From NCBI GenBank assembly GCA_012295275.1, contig CM022665.1, positions 29,264,001 through 29,328,000 on the forward strand: 64,000 bases of DNA. Direction: 5' to 3'. Shown in pieces: positions 1-44,337 of this stretch (within the stretch, counting starts at the first letter, position 1; the number at the start of each line of letters is the position of its first letter). Under the pieces are notes generated by a model. The model was not told the DNA's origin. It ran no database searches and saw nothing but the letters and a program-made list of their open reading frames with translations. The position numbers were made by a program, and so were the translations under genes. This stretch comes from Chrysomallon squamiferum (lineage: Eukaryota > Animalia > Mollusca).

Positions 1-749
1 GATCAGACCCCATAGATCAGGCTGTTAAGCAGAAGTTATGTTTTCTGTTTGAATTATCTTCTGCAGGTTCCTCAGAGTTAAGAGATTCTGGCATCAATGC
101 CTCCCCTTGAGGTACCCTGTCAGGCAAATGTTAGGTGTGAAATATCCCATATAATGTATTAAACCACAATAATCTACCACATGAACAAAGATTTTAAAAA
201 TTTCATGAAGTTAAACAATCTCCATTCTTAACTGAATACATTTTCAGTTATATTTAAAAACATGAATCTATTAAACAAGGAAACAAGCAAGTAATCTAAC
301 TTATATTACATTAATATTATTTTTTTAATTTAACATTATTTATATTAATTATAACAAATGTTCAAAATGTGAACATATACACATACATTTGCTTGTTTGT
401 TTGTTTTTGGTTCAGTTCTTTTATTTTATTTTAAATGTTTCTTACATTTACTCCCCCCCCCACTAATAAATATGACTATGTCCAATATATTTTACAAATG
501 TGCAATACATAAGCTATTAATTATTATCATATGGAATCAGTATATTATCAGAAAGCTTCTGGAGATAAACAGTACACATTTATAACATGAAAAATAAAAC
601 GGCTAATAAAATGTAGCTGTATAACAAATAATCCATGTATTTTAAAATCCCAATAATGCTTTCATATCTCCATCAGTGTTGAGGAAATCCTAGTTCAGGC
701 ATTTCTGTTATAAACAGTAAAATATCATTAACATTGTAATTCTATTATT

Positions 750-5170
<4,421 letters not shown>

Positions 5171-6097
5171 TGATTTGTTAACTTAAGGGGTTCTCTAAGG
5201 TTCTCTTTTCATGTGTAAAAACTTATTACTCTTCAATATACTAACGAATAAATAAGAGGGTTTAATAATTAAGTAGAATAACTAAATGAGAAGTTAGGAA
5301 CAGTTGTGGATCAGCATTTTAAATTAAAATTAAAAGTGACTGTGAATGTGAATGTGATCAAGAAATCATGAAATGAATACTTTTTGTGATTCTTTTTATT
5401 ATTATTTTAAAATTAAAATGATCCTTATTCTGTAACTGTGATTGTCAGTAATTTATTGATGATGTCACTGTTAACAATTTACGAACCGTAATCTATTGTA
5501 TCACACTTACTTAATTACTATAAAGTGTAAGTAATACTATTACTAGTATTAGCATTATCATGATGTATTGAATCTGATTATGATTATTCATTTTACTGAA
5601 ATCCATTCAGTGATTAATATCCTCTTATCCAGTTTTTAGCTATTAATTTTAAATTACTGTTAGTATAATTTTTATTAGGTCCGTTCTCCTTATGTTTCTC
5701 ATTAAATGTGTATTTTCTCTATTAGTAATTTCTATTAGTAGTATTGATTTCTAGCTCCAGGTAGTTCTTTAACATTTTAAGAGTGGTTATGAAGGTAAAT
5801 ATTATTTCAGCATGCTCAGATAACCAGCCCTCAACTGAAGTTCATTAATAATAACAGGAAAATATCCTGATCCTGTCATAAAAATGTATTATCACCAAAA
5901 TTACATTTTTATTTTTACTAACAGTTGGTATTTTTCTTCAATAAAGTCCTCCACTCAAAAAATATTGTTGTTTTTTGTAGATATTTAGAATATTAAGAAT
6001 TTCTTAAAAGTGGTATCAGTATTATATTTTAAATTGAGCAGTTCTATAGACATAAACAGATTATGCAATCTTATTTCAGACTTAACAATCTGTTGCC

Positions 6098-9000
6098 ATG
6101 TCTACATTGTGGAACCAACAAGACCTGTCAGAACCGCCAATGTGCTGTACAATGGTTTCTGTCACTCCTGATGCTAAGGGTAATTATTTTTTATTAAAGA
6201 CAGTTCATCAAAAAATGTATTTAAAATAATGTTAATGGTCCTGTTTTGAATTTTCATAATATCATCAGTGGTCAAATAAAAAGAATGTAGTTAGCATTTA
6301 TTTTGTAAACAGGAAACCTTTGAACATACATTTTTCCATTTGGTTCTCAGCATGTGCTATAGTTTTGTTATTATCAATGTTTCATTATTATTATTATTAT
6401 TATTTTAAATAAATAAATGATTTTCATAAATTGATATTTTGCATTATACTGATACTATTTTTGTAAAGGTTTTAAAATTGGAATATTTATGGTTTATCTT
6501 AGTTTAGAAAGTAAGGTGAAATTACTAAGTATTGCTACTTATCAACCCTCAGCTAGTTCAATAATGTTCATAGAAACCCTCGAATGCTTCAGCACTATCT
6601 GAGCTTGAACTTTTTTAACCTTTTAAGTACTATATGACAACAAAGGTTCATCAATAACAACATATTAATGCCAAAAATATTTTTCTTCCTTAATTTCTTG
6701 TCAGTTTCAATCTCTAGTAGAATATGTTTAATTTACTCAGTGCACATTAGTTAAGTAGGAGAATTTCATGAGGCTACATTGTTTTATGTACCATGAGGTC
6801 CTCAGTCTTGCAATTAGTTGTGTTTGTAAATCTCATTTCTGTCTAACAGCCTCAAACAAGATTCATATATGCAGCCAATTGTGAGTTTTCAGACATTATG
6901 ATTATCCTATACTAAAATATACCAATATTCAGATAATTTTAGTAAGAGATTTCATACTTATTAGATTTAGTTTTTTGTTTTATTATCTTGACTTTTAACC
7001 TTGGTAGATAGGTATTTTAGCCTGAACTTTGTATTTCTTCAGAGAAGCTGTCAGTACTGAAGAGTATGTTACAAGAGTGTGTGAATCAGCTCAGTGACCA
7101 GTCACACCTAACATCAGAGATGTTTGTACTGTCCAGTGTTGTCTACAAAACTAACTGTCAGCTCCGCAGAGATAAAGCTTTGCAAGGGCTAAAAATGGTA
7201 AAATGGCATCTCAGTTTTAGGGGCCAAGTTTTAAATGTGTTTTTATTAGATTACTGGGGGGTTTTGGTTGTTTTTTATGTGACTAGAAGATCTGACATTT
7301 CTATAATTTGAGGTATATTAAGTAAACTTAAATGGTAAAGAAAAGCCACTGTGATAAATGTTAATTAGCAATGAATACTGTAGTTAAACGTAAAGAGTGA
7401 AAGTTTATTTGTGTAAAAAGTTGATTAATGTTTTGGTAACTTAATTCTATGTTTTATTTCAGATTATAAAATGTCTTGAGAAGTACAGTAAAGTGAATAT
7501 GCATGAAACAGTTGTCAAGTTATTTAATGAATTTGAATCTTACAGGTATGTATAAACACATGTATTTGTGTTGTTTCATTTAATTTTAAAATTACATTTT
7601 TATTTTTAAAAATGTTTTGGTATTGAAAAATTAACTCGTTTGCTTTGATTTCATTTACAATAGAATTAAAATAATTACATCTCTATTTACTTTATTCTGA
7701 AATTAAAATTTATTACATATTTCTACATGAAATGTTCTATAATTAGCATTTTATTAAAATATTCATTTTTAATTGTGTTTTTTTTCAGTTATGGATCAGA
7801 CTGTAAAACTAGTATCTATCTCCCATCATACCAAGCTATGGAACATTTAATGGTAAAAATAATGGGAGTCACATGCTTGTTGTGTCAAACAGTAAATTAT
7901 GCTGTCCACACCTTTATGTATCCTTTATTGTTGTTCACCCTCGTTCATTATTTTGTTATAAATTTATTTTTCAGTTTATTAAGTAAAACACAGAGGATTA
8001 CTGACTTTAATTTGGATATGACAGACTTGTTAAAAATAATGATATTTGAAGTGTGAGAAAAGAGAATATTGATACAAGTACACATTAAATCAAATTACAT
8101 ATATTAGTGTTTTTCCTAAGCAGGAATAGGACAGCAGCCCACCATCCCCACTCTTATTTGCCTAAATTCTCAATAAAACATGCTGATAATTACTACAAAA
8201 TTGCTTTAGTAGACTAATAAACAAACACAAGCAGCACTTTTTAGCACAAAGAAACAAACAGAAACAATTTTTTGCTGGTGCCAATAAACAAATATGAACA
8301 GCACTTCTTAGCACCAATAAAAAATACAAATGGCTTTTTTTAGTTCACAAAAGTTTAACTATGAGACCTTGTCAGTTCTGCCCTTTTGAACACAGGTAAT
8401 AATGAACAAAGTTCCCATTTTCAGTCTAGGGAAAGCACTATATATATATATAATTAATAAGATTTAAAGTATATATATGAAAAGAAAATAATACTGGTTT
8501 TATCATTTATGCATGAAAAATTGGATTTTGAGTGGTACAGCTGTTACTTTCAACATCAAATATAAGTATTGCTGTAGGAGAGGCTATTTACTTCTGTTTT
8601 ACAATAATTACATATTATCTTCATACCACTGTAATGATTGGACTGTTATGTTCTAAAAACTTTGCAAAATAAAAAAAGTGTATTTTTTGCTTTAAAATAC
8701 AGATTTAAAAATATTCATGGATATCTTTTATTTATTTCCTTTATATATTAATAACTTTTGTATTTTTATTTTTTCTCCATTTTTATTTATTTTAAATGCG
8801 TATTTGTCTGTATGTATGTGGAGACAGAAAGAGAGAATGGTTTGAATCTTGTGTTATATTGCATCTAAAACAAACTGATTGTCTGAAATGAAAAAGTTTT
8901 TCAGTCACATGCACAGATAGTATCACGAATTGTTAACCTTAACCTTTCAAGTTTGTTACAGCAGCGATTAAGCAGAGGCCATCTGATGACTACCAATCTT

Positions 9001-11839
9001 GTTTTCCTGAGTGCAGTTAGCAGAATTTGGTAAAAAGAGCTATATTTTTTCACAATATGTAACTGATCTGTTATATCTGTGATTATATATTGAGTTATTT
9101 TATTTCTGTTACTTTTCTTTTAAATAGATTATAATAGTAATTTGGGTTGTTGAAGGCTCTGGGACTATGCTTTTCTTCCTTAACTAGGTAGATCAGAGTG
9201 GGCTTTCATTTGTACATAGAACATATCCTAGTTTAACTATTACACAAGTGGAGTTATTAAAATATATTGATTATAAATAAATATAATGATTAACAATGAA
9301 CCCAGTTTAAATGTGTTTTAGGGGGTAAGGGATATTGCTGTTACTCATTTGTATGTAAATGTTCAGTTTTACTTTGTTTATTAATCTAAATGGAAAATAA
9401 TTTTTCTATAAAGTATTGTCACTATATTTATTAATCTGAATTTATTACAGGGCAATTTGCAAATCCCAAGCTTTGGTTTATATGTCATGGTACACTAGAC
9501 TGCTACCTGCAGTGTCAGTCCTCACACCAACTGAAGTGCCATGGGTACATAATATTTCTCTATTACAATGAACCAAATCAAAAATGACTAGTAATTAAAA
9601 CATAAAAACATTGATTTTTTAACTTGCTTAAACAACAGTTAAAATGATAAGTGCCAGAACTATTGTAAATGATGTGAAATTTTGTTCATATCACCGTTTT
9701 TGAGAAGAGAATGTTAAATAGGTATTTTAGAATTACTGTTCTGGTTTAAATCAATTTCTAAAAATCTGACATATAATACTTGATTCATTTTTTTTTTAAT
9801 AATAAATATGTGTTGAATGATAAGTAGCTATTTTTACACAGACTTTAAAAAAAAAAAAATGACACCATTGGTGGTTTTTTTTCCAGTTACCAGATGGTGA
9901 CACTCTACCTACAGATTTTGCAGAATTTGTATATGGTGTAACTGGAGTGTATGTTGGAAAAAGGTACATTATTGCAATATATGTATTGTACAATGTGTGT
10001 GTGTGTATATCTATTTTTAATTTGTTTTAATGCATATATCGGTTGATGACACCCATCTACCTGTGTTAAAAAACAAGGTTTCTGCAGCAAACCAAAAAAA
10101 CACCTATCTATTAAAATGTTATATGAAATTTTTATTGTTATAGTTATATTTATCATTCTCTGATCATGAATTTAATTTAATCATTACTGAATATCTAACC
10201 TGGACAGAAGTGAAATTTAACCCTTTTAAAACACATTTCTTTTCTTACAATTATAGCAGTAACACTGTATTTGAATGTTAGTAGTAGTTATTATTTTATT
10301 TCATTTGCTAACTCTACAAGTAGTATTTTAGAGGTTTTATTTTATCTTTAGTAAATATTTGAAACTGTTTTTATTTCTATTTAAAAGGTGAATAAAAAGC
10401 TATACAGCATTCAAATAATGTTTATTTACTCTTTTTTTTCTAAAATATTATTACAAATACTTTTCTTCAGGCAACTAGATTATAACCTTACAGAAATATT
10501 TGAGAAAATTGAAAATGATTACAGTGATCAGAACCAGAGTGAAGACCAACTCAAAACCGATGAACCTGAACACGCAGACTCACAACTGACTATTAACACT
10601 GAAGAAGAAACAGTCTTTTACAGCAACAACATTGAGGATATAGGAGGTAACCTTGGTGTCCTTATTTTGCTTCACTGTTTTATCACAGTCAGTACCAGCT
10701 ATTGATAAATGTTTTTGAAAACTGTCAGAGAAATGTTTTAGATTTTGTAAGACAAAATCATTGTTAAATGCATTAATATTAACAGTTTTCTTAATTCTTT
10801 CAAAACTGTCTCTCTCATTTGCATTTAAACTGTGTGTGTGTAATAAAATATATATATATATATATATTTCTCAAAAAAATAATAAATATATTTTTCAATG
10901 ATCTATTTTTATTTTCTAGTACCTATTAAGAAACAAAGATATTTAAAGCCTGATGATGAAGCAGTACAGTTGAAAGAGGACAAATCGGAAAGTGAAAGAA
11001 CATTGAATGCAGACAGACAAACATATCCCATGGGTAGAAAAAAATTACTGAGATGTGTAAAGAAAGCTTGCAGCTTTGACGAATTACAGTCCATACTAAC
11101 AAACCTTAAATCCCATAACTACTTTCTGTCTTCTCAACTACAAAAGGATTTCGAAAACAGTGTGCTTACTGTACAGAGGTTAAAGAAGAAATCTGTTTCA
11201 ACTGGGAAAAGTCCTGATGAAACCGTTAAAATTAGATTTCTGAAAAAAGCTAAATGTTTTGTCCGTAATTTAATTATCACTTGTTCAGAGTTAAAAGACA
11301 GTATTACTGAGGAAGATGATAACAAGGATAAGCAAATTCTCAAACTTCAACCACAAAAAAAGGGCAGTTTGCTTCACGAAAATGAAACCAGAAATTCATC
11401 CATAGATGGAGACAGCTTAAACTTAAAAAACAATGTAAAAAGAAAACAGCTGAAAGATCTTATTAAAATGTTGAGAGAAAGAAATCAGTTTGAATATGAA
11501 GGGAAAATTGTTCTCATTGATCCAGATGAAAGTGAAAAGTTAATACAAAATTTGCAACAGCTCTTGAAAAAATTGAAACAAACTGGAAATACTGAAGAAA
11601 GTAATATTAAAACAGAAGAGATACTGAATGAAATGATAGCTCTGTTAACCAGTGCTGCAGGATTGCAGATGCAAGAGAAAGATAATTCCATTAGTGTTTC
11701 ATCAAAAAAGGTGAAAAAGAAGAAAAAACAGCCAAAAAAGAAAAAAGGCAATCTGCTTATTAACTCACGTCTGGAACAGAAGAAGAATTTGAAGAAATCT
11801 AGAAAAGCCAAAACAAAAAGGAAAAAACATCTAGTGTAG
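6098..11839 (+). CDS. NEPRO: Nucleolus and neural progenitor protein (C3orf17 family), 9 coding exons, ~592 aa, Lys-rich C-terminus
   Basis: Exons 6098-6179, 7043-7197, 7463-7545, 7789-7917, 8952-9029, 9451-9544, 9887-9948, 10471-10646, 10920-11839, phase-consistent (1779 nt). Motifs: N-terminal 'WN', 'SSVVYKTNCQLRRDKALQGLK', 'YLPSYQAMEHLMVKIMG', 'NLVFLSAVSRIW', 'EDIGVPI'. Confidence 0.85.
7918..8951 (+). other. U12-type (minor spliceosome) GT-AG intron in NEPRO
   Basis: The 5' splice site is GTATCCTTT at 7918, the U12 consensus. The branch point AACCTTAAC is at 8935-8943 with AG at 8950-8951 and no real polypyrimidine tract. Splicing keeps the frame (HTF-I-LLQQRL). Confidence 0.9.
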
Positions 11840-13523
11840 CAGCTTTACAGAGACAAAAATTATTTAGCTTCCTTGTTGGTTTAAGTGAAAATTACATAAA
11901 GAAATTATTCCATTACATATTATTTTACTTGTATTTCAAGATAAATGCTAACATTTTAAGAAATCTGTTCAGCATACTTAAATTTTATACTGGAATTCTG
12001 TTGTATTTCATGTAAAGTAATATTTCAGTCTGATAAGCATTTAATAATGTGACCATAATGTGTTAAGAATAATACTAATAGTCAGTTTTTCATAACTCAT
12101 GTTATTCTTTTTTTCATTTTATATAATTTAATTCCAAAGTCATCAGTGTAGAATCTATATATAAATGAATAGAAATAAATGTTTAAAAAAACATTTTTCT
12201 ATTTGATTTGGAAATATTTCAGTGTTTGGTCAGTTAAAATCAGTTTAAAAATAAATTTGTGTAATTATTAATGAGGAAAACCAAATAAAATCTGTATACT
12301 TAGTTTGTGTTTTGTTGTCTGTAGTCCAAATATTATTTATTTCAATACAATCATTTAAAAACAGGCTTTACACTGGGATACATTTACTTTGAGAATACTA
12401 TTTGTAAGGGGGAAAAAAAATAACTGTAAACAAAGTTCTAATAATAAATAATAAGAACCTTTCTTATTAAGTCTTATTACAACAATTATACAGATTGGAA
12501 ATGGCTAAAATTTATGCAGTATCCCAGAAATGTTTTGTTTTACAATATGTAAAAATAAATGTATGAATATCTAAACGAAATTAATATTAATAATTAGACC
12601 CTACTCTTGAAAGTGGACATTGTATAATGATGACAGTATCAAGAATTATTGTTATTGGCAGCAAATTGGTTTTGTAGGAACCTTCCCATGGAGTAGGAAA
12701 TGGACCAGTTGGTGTGCAAATATGAGATGGTGTGTTGACACTACTCCATAGAGTATTTAAATTATTACTGATGACAGTATTAACACTAGAAATCTGGATG
12801 TTAACTGCCATCAAAAAGTTTATAAACTGCATTGGGAAGTACAGAATAGCAGGTGCTTTAGTTTATGCTCAAAATGCTTTCTGAAGTGAACTGTTCTTGG
12901 TTAGAACAGATAGTTGATTATGATTTATTTTTCTATGGAAAAACTGATTAAATAAGGTATTTTACAAAATAACCAAAAATATGTTTCAGAATAAACTGAC
13001 TTGCTGTCCAGCAAAATAAAAGTTAACACCTACCGTAATAAAAGGAAAAAAAGAACCCATCTATCTCTATGACTCATAGCATGAGCTGGAAATTTTTTTT
13101 TTTTTTTTTTCCTGACTGAAGAGCATGCAGTTAATTCTGTTATATAGATTAATATAAATACACACATGTAGTATCAAACACACGTAGTAACGTACACAAA
13201 CACAAAAAATTCTGGTTTCCCATTCATTAAAATAAATACATTGTTTATCTTTCATCAGATGTGTGAATCCTATTTCTTATTTATTTAATTCTTATTTTTC
13301 ACTGATGTATCTATTTAAGTAGATATTTACTTGTTTGTAATTTTACTTTAGAAGATCATGCTGACTTTGGTAATTATTATTATTTCGTTTCCACAGAAAA
13401 ACCGAGTATGTAAAAAAAATAAAATAAAATAAATAAATAATTAAAGGGAGATAATTATCATTACCTTCATAATAATTTAAAAAAACATCGATGATGTTTC
13501 TAAGCAATCATCTTTATTTTCGT

Positions 13524-31288
<17,765 letters not shown>

Positions 31289-32195
31289 AATAATCATTGT
31301 GATATTCTTCTTTCTTTTCTTCTTATTCTTTAAAATAAAATTTATATGTTTAGCAGCTTATCATATTGTCTTAAACAAACTTAACGTCTATTAATATTTC
31401 TGTTATATTCGACTTCAGGTAATAGCATATATATTTCATTAATGAATCCAATCCCATCTATGTTATTTAATGCTAAAATATACTTGGAATACTAGGGTTC
31501 TTATAAAAATTTCCCGGCGGAAAAATAAAATAAAACCATAATCGGAATGTGTGTATGTGACAGGCTGCTATAAAATGTATGCCACGAATTTAGCTATGGT
31601 GTCAAGATGCAAAATACACTGAAACTTGCTGGCGTGATTAAAAATATGTTTTGGCTGGTATCGTTTGTTAATTTCATATCCTTGTTTAAATGTGTTCCTG
31701 CATGTATGCATAAGTGTGATTAGTCGCAGGATATAATTATTAGTTCAGGTAGAAATATCGTTAATTGTATTCACAACAGCGACTTCAAGTATTTTCATTG
31801 TATATAAAATTATACAAGAATTTTATTTTAAATAAGAATGAATATAAAACAAAAAAACACAAGTAAATAAACAATATGTGTACACATACACAACGAATCA
31901 TGCAAACAGCTTTTAGGGACAAAAGTCATAAAGGCGAATACATAAATGTTCACATATACATACATACATACATACATATATACATATACATACATATACA
32001 TACATACATAAACATACATACATTACATGCATACATACATGCATACAGTCATAATTATATTAAAAAAAATAATAACATATTAATGTTTAACACGAGAACA
32101 AAGAAATCTGAATTTCATCACAGAAGAAAAACGATGGTGTTTTTAATAAATTTATGCAATGCACCGACGAAACCAGTTCTGTAGTTGTTGGTGAT

Positions 32196-39163
<6,968 letters not shown>

Positions 39164-39998
39164 AACAAATTCTTTTCTTTTCTTCTTTTTTTTCTGTCTC
39201 TCTCTTTCCCGATTTCTCTCTCTCTCTCTCCACGTACCAAATTCGTTAAATTTGTTTGTCAATGCCTGACAGACATATTAAAATAGTGAATCTGTTCACG
39301 ATATTAGTAACATTTTCAACTATATGCCTGTAAATGTATAAAAGCACAGATAACTGGCCATTTGACTTTTCAACAGTTTTGTACGCATATGAAACCGCAG
39401 CCTGTTTGTCAGTGACTGTTTCTTTCTCAGTAAATTACAGGCTTCGGCTGAAAACAGTGAAATGTGTTTGGATTGGGTGTTATACTCGAAGTCTTAAAAT
39501 CCATCAAGCATAAACATGGTTTCGTGAATAAAATCGACTTCTTAAGAAATTATCCACCTCACATCCTTTCTTCAACAATTGGACTTAATTGTAATGTTAA
39601 TCCACTTAAACACATTGTAGAACGTTTTATAGTCAACATTACAGTCTGTGGAGTTTTTCATGTTGCACCAGGAAATAAAATTTATAAGAGGATAAAGCTT
39701 AAATGGAATAATTTCATTGTGGGAAGGAGGGGTTGAATCGATCAAATCATTGAGGTGTGTAACTGTTTTTTCCTGGGACGTGGAAATCTCTTTATTAATT
39801 TTTTATTTTTTTATTATTTTTTTTTTTTTTCTCTGTACGAAAAATGTAAGAGGAAAATGATCATAGCCATATTATTATTTTAGTAAAACTGTGACAAAAA
39901 TAAAATAAAAAATGTTTGAAAGCGAATGAATAATGTCAATTTCTGTGTTAAAAAATTACAATATTTATTTATTTAAATGTTTTTGTAATTATATTATA

Positions 39999-40046
<48 letters not shown>

Positions 40047-40330
40047 GCTTAGCAGTTTTTCTTTTCCTGTTCTGTTACTCTTGTTACTATTATTTATAAT
40101 CAATATAACGGCGGTAATTGGTATTAATCATAATGCAGATGATAAATGCTGCATATTATTGTCTGTAATAAGGAAATAAAAGTAAAAAATACACGTGATA
40201 ATTCAAACATATTTTAATATATAATATGTGATAGAGCCACTCATACAGTAACCTTATGCAAGGAAATTTGTAATTGTTCATTGGAAACCATTTTGTTTAA
40301 AATAATATTAACTTAATAATAACCAAGACT

Positions 40331-40364
<34 letters not shown>

Positions 40365-40797
40365 CCTTTATATATATATATATATACTGTTAAAATATTT
40401 GTCTGCCTTCGCTTTAAAAATATATTATTCGTCTTCAGACACGAAATGTAATTGTTCCTTCGGAACAACAGAGTCAAGGTGTCTGGGCATAGACAAGAAT
40501 AAAACATTTGTTACAGTTGTTAACCACTGGAGGTGAACGGATACTTTGAGCATGACTTGTCAACCTCATCTGCTCTCAGTTCATTTATACTACTCATTTT
40601 AATTACACACCATTCAGTTTAGAATATGTGTTTCGCAGTAAATACTTACGATAAATATCTCAGCTGGGGGATATTATATTTCAGTGTAGGATGGTAAGGT
40701 TTTTGGGTCGTATGCTGTCTGAATTAAGTATAGTAAAATATTATCTAATAGTAATCAAAATACGCCCAGAAAGCACACGAAAATAGCATTAAATACA

Positions 40798-40835
<38 letters not shown>

Positions 40836-41436
40836 AATAAAAACATGACTGTGGCGGGGTATGTGTAAGCCATATTTTTACAGTTTCAGTATTGAAATTA
40901 CGCATGTTCGTGATAAATGGATAGTTTTATATAGAGTATAACTCAAACCAGTAACTGAAAGATAAGCTTAAACAAAAGATAAAAGCTTGACAATGGGTCT
41001 CTAGCCCAGTATACAATAATTTAATGTCAGTTGCACAACTACAGGTACTGAACAAAAATCAGTTAGACTTCATAAATTTATGACTATATATTATATGAAT
41101 ATACCGCGATACAGACACATTGGATAGTTAGTTACCAAATGTAAATATATATACGTAATATTGTAATGTGATGTCGGACGTCTATAGATTTCAGTAGACG
41201 AAGCCACTGATAAAACTGATTGCATTTAATGAGTTATTAAACGTCTTCATATAATTAATTATATTGTACAATCAATGAATTAATTGGATAAAATCACTAT
41301 GAACACGCGATGAATCAAAGCCTAATTTTGACATACGAATGCATAACGGATTTGATATCAGTCATAGAATGGATTATACTTAACGTGGGCAATCCTCTTA
41401 AAACCTCACATAATTGTTATAAGCTGGTTTTGTACT

Positions 41437-42475
41437 CTATACTGTATTGTGCATGTTGTACACTGGAATCACAGGGTTTAAAAGCTGTCTTCTTGAAACT
41501 GGCTGGCCGTAATTTACTGCCCAGTCTTGCGGCTTGCTTCTCTCGTTGCGATCTTTCATCTCTTTCACAAGCTGCTTCAGACCACGCAACCTCTCTTTAA
41601 TGCTGCACCTGGGCGACTTTGGCAGATCGTCATCGTCGTCGTCTTTGTGCTTGTCTTTTGCGGGACCTTCCTTGACAGGGACCCCGCTGTAGTTGGTATA
41701 AACTTCGAACCCGTAATCTTCTAAAATAACTTTAGACGGGGGTTGAATGTTGTAACCTATGCTGTGGTAAGTAGTTGGGACCGAGCAAGGGAAGTAACGG
41801 CATTTGCTTTTTTTAGACTTGATGAGAAAACGACACGGAGAACACGTGCTACATCGTGTTCCTGGTTTGTGGAACGGGCTGCCACGAGCTGACCTTGGCG
41901 TACTGAAGTCTTCATCAAATTCATTCTCGATGCCGTCTGGTGATGAAGACACTGGAGGAAGATGAAGGATTTTATCATTTGCCCGATCAGACTCCACCAA
42001 TTCGTACTCCAATTTTTTACATTCTTTGAAACGTATTCGGTCCTCTCTTCGGAATGTTGCTTCCATATCTTCCAGTCTGCGACGCAGAATTCTCTTTGCG
42101 GTCTTATTTATATTTCTTATTTTCATAGCGGAATCCTGCTTTTTTCTTTGAAGGCGGGATTGCATATCCATTTTCTTATACGTTACTGAAAAAATATAAA
42201 TCACATTTATTCGGGATTTATTGTAATAATTTTTTATTTACACACAAATGATGTTTACCAGAAATTATATACAATTCTTTAGTCAGTGCTGGTGAGGATA
42301 AATATAAATCAAATTAAACTATTTATTAAAGATTAAGTCAGTGTCAATGACATAAAGTTGGTATTTTCAATCTTCTTAATCTTAATAATGTATATTTATG
42401 TTACTACACAAACTGGTATTGTTCCCAGCTAACTGCGACTGCGGCCACGTTGTCGGCAAATCCTTGCTTTATATG

Positions 42476-42562
<87 letters not shown>

Positions 42563-42678
42563 AAACAACAACATACATATATTCAAGAAAAGAACTATAG
42601 AGAAAATATATTTATCATACGCATTCGAGTATTAGTAAAATTGTAACACATTATACAAGACTTACCTGTAGGAAACAT
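41437..42678 (-). CDS. Uncharacterised protein (~253 aa): N-terminal basic coiled coil, Cys/His cluster, C-terminal coiled coil
   Basis: The micro-exon 42678-42666 (ATG TTT CCT ACA G|GTAAG) splices in phase to 42185-41437, a long, relatively GC-rich open frame. I do not recognise the family with confidence. Confidence 0.75.
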
Positions 42679-43077
42679 GCTTGTAACTTCACACAGAATT
42701 CTATGTTTTATCTGTTTTTATCACTTTACAATGTCAAAGTCTTTTATATTACGTAAACAAACTTGCTTTTAATAATCTCAACTTCGTATTTAACAGACAA
42801 CAGTGGTTGGTTTACATTAATCGGTTCCCTAGTGTTTGTGAACGTGTCGTATCACCCTATCAATGAGATTTTTTTTTTTTTTTTTTTTTTTTTTGCTATT
42901 CATCTATTCCTACGCGAATTGGCAGGTCAGTGATTTCCAAGTTTTTTTTTAGTCATTCCAGTTCCCTAATCAAACATAGCACAAAGACGAGCTACGTGTT
43001 TCTCAAATAACCAATTTAGATTGATTTGACGATACCCTAGACGCCCAGTCGGTTGTGAACAAAATTGTATAATATAA

Positions 43078-43163
<86 letters not shown>

Positions 43164-44297
43164 CCTCCATTATAATTGTTTTATTTCTTTTTAGATTTTT
43201 GTATTTTTCTTCTCCTAAACGATGTGATTGTTTATAAATAATACATTCTGTAAACACATACACCTAGATGTACGTATAGTATATGTGCATGTGGTGTCAA
43301 ATATTCCGAGTGCTTGTATAGCTATATTATTTTGAATTTTCAGTAACTTTATCATTACTTGAATCTTAACAACTGACCTATGTGAGTTTTAAAAAGGTTT
43401 AGAATTCAAAACACCAACGCAGTTGCTTTAAAATAAAAGTTTCGTGTTGGTATTTGTGGACGCGTTGCATGGATCACTGAAGGTTTGTGTAGTTAATCTA
43501 CGTGTTTGTGTATATATAAATATACTGAAAATAATTTCAGCGTAATAACATGTAATTAAACTATACACAAATATATATTACTTAACTGGTAAAGAGTTCT
43601 AAATATTATGCAGATACATACAACAATTACATATACTATGAAACACTGTTTTTATTTTTTATTATTATTATTATTATTTTTTTTTTTTTTTGGTCTTAGT
43701 TATCTTTTGGAGGCATCTCCCCATATTTAGAAAAAGTACACTTCAGTAGCAGGGACCAAAAATGGCCATAAACTCGAGGTGAACTTGATTGATCTTGTCA
43801 TCAATCACATATCTACACGTGTATCTGCTTATGTCTGTGCGTGTGTTTTTTCTTTCTTTCTTTTGAGGTGATATTGAATTTTTTCCCTGGTCTTTACTTT
43901 CAGTCGTAATTCAGTCTTCACCAAATGTTCGAAAAGGCATTATGTTTTGCCAGTGAAAACTATGTTCAAGTGCAAAATGTAATTACTGGCAAGAAAAAAA
44001 ATAAAAAGGAAAAAAGTTTTAATGTCGATAAATTCCATTAAACAATCTGATAATACATACATACCTTACGTATGAAGAGTGCTGTGGAAATAATGTGTTC
44101 AAAACAAATAAAAAGGAAAACTGGGAAAACTATCTTAAAACATTGTCAGAAGGAAAATAATAAAGCCTCAGCCATTTATCTCAAGCCCTGTAATTTTGTA
44201 CTTAAAAGACTAAACGCATTTCTGAGTTTGAAATGCACAATAATTATTATAGTTGATTTAGTAGTATTATTTTTATTTATTTATTTATTTATTTATT

Positions 44298-44337
<40 letters not shown>

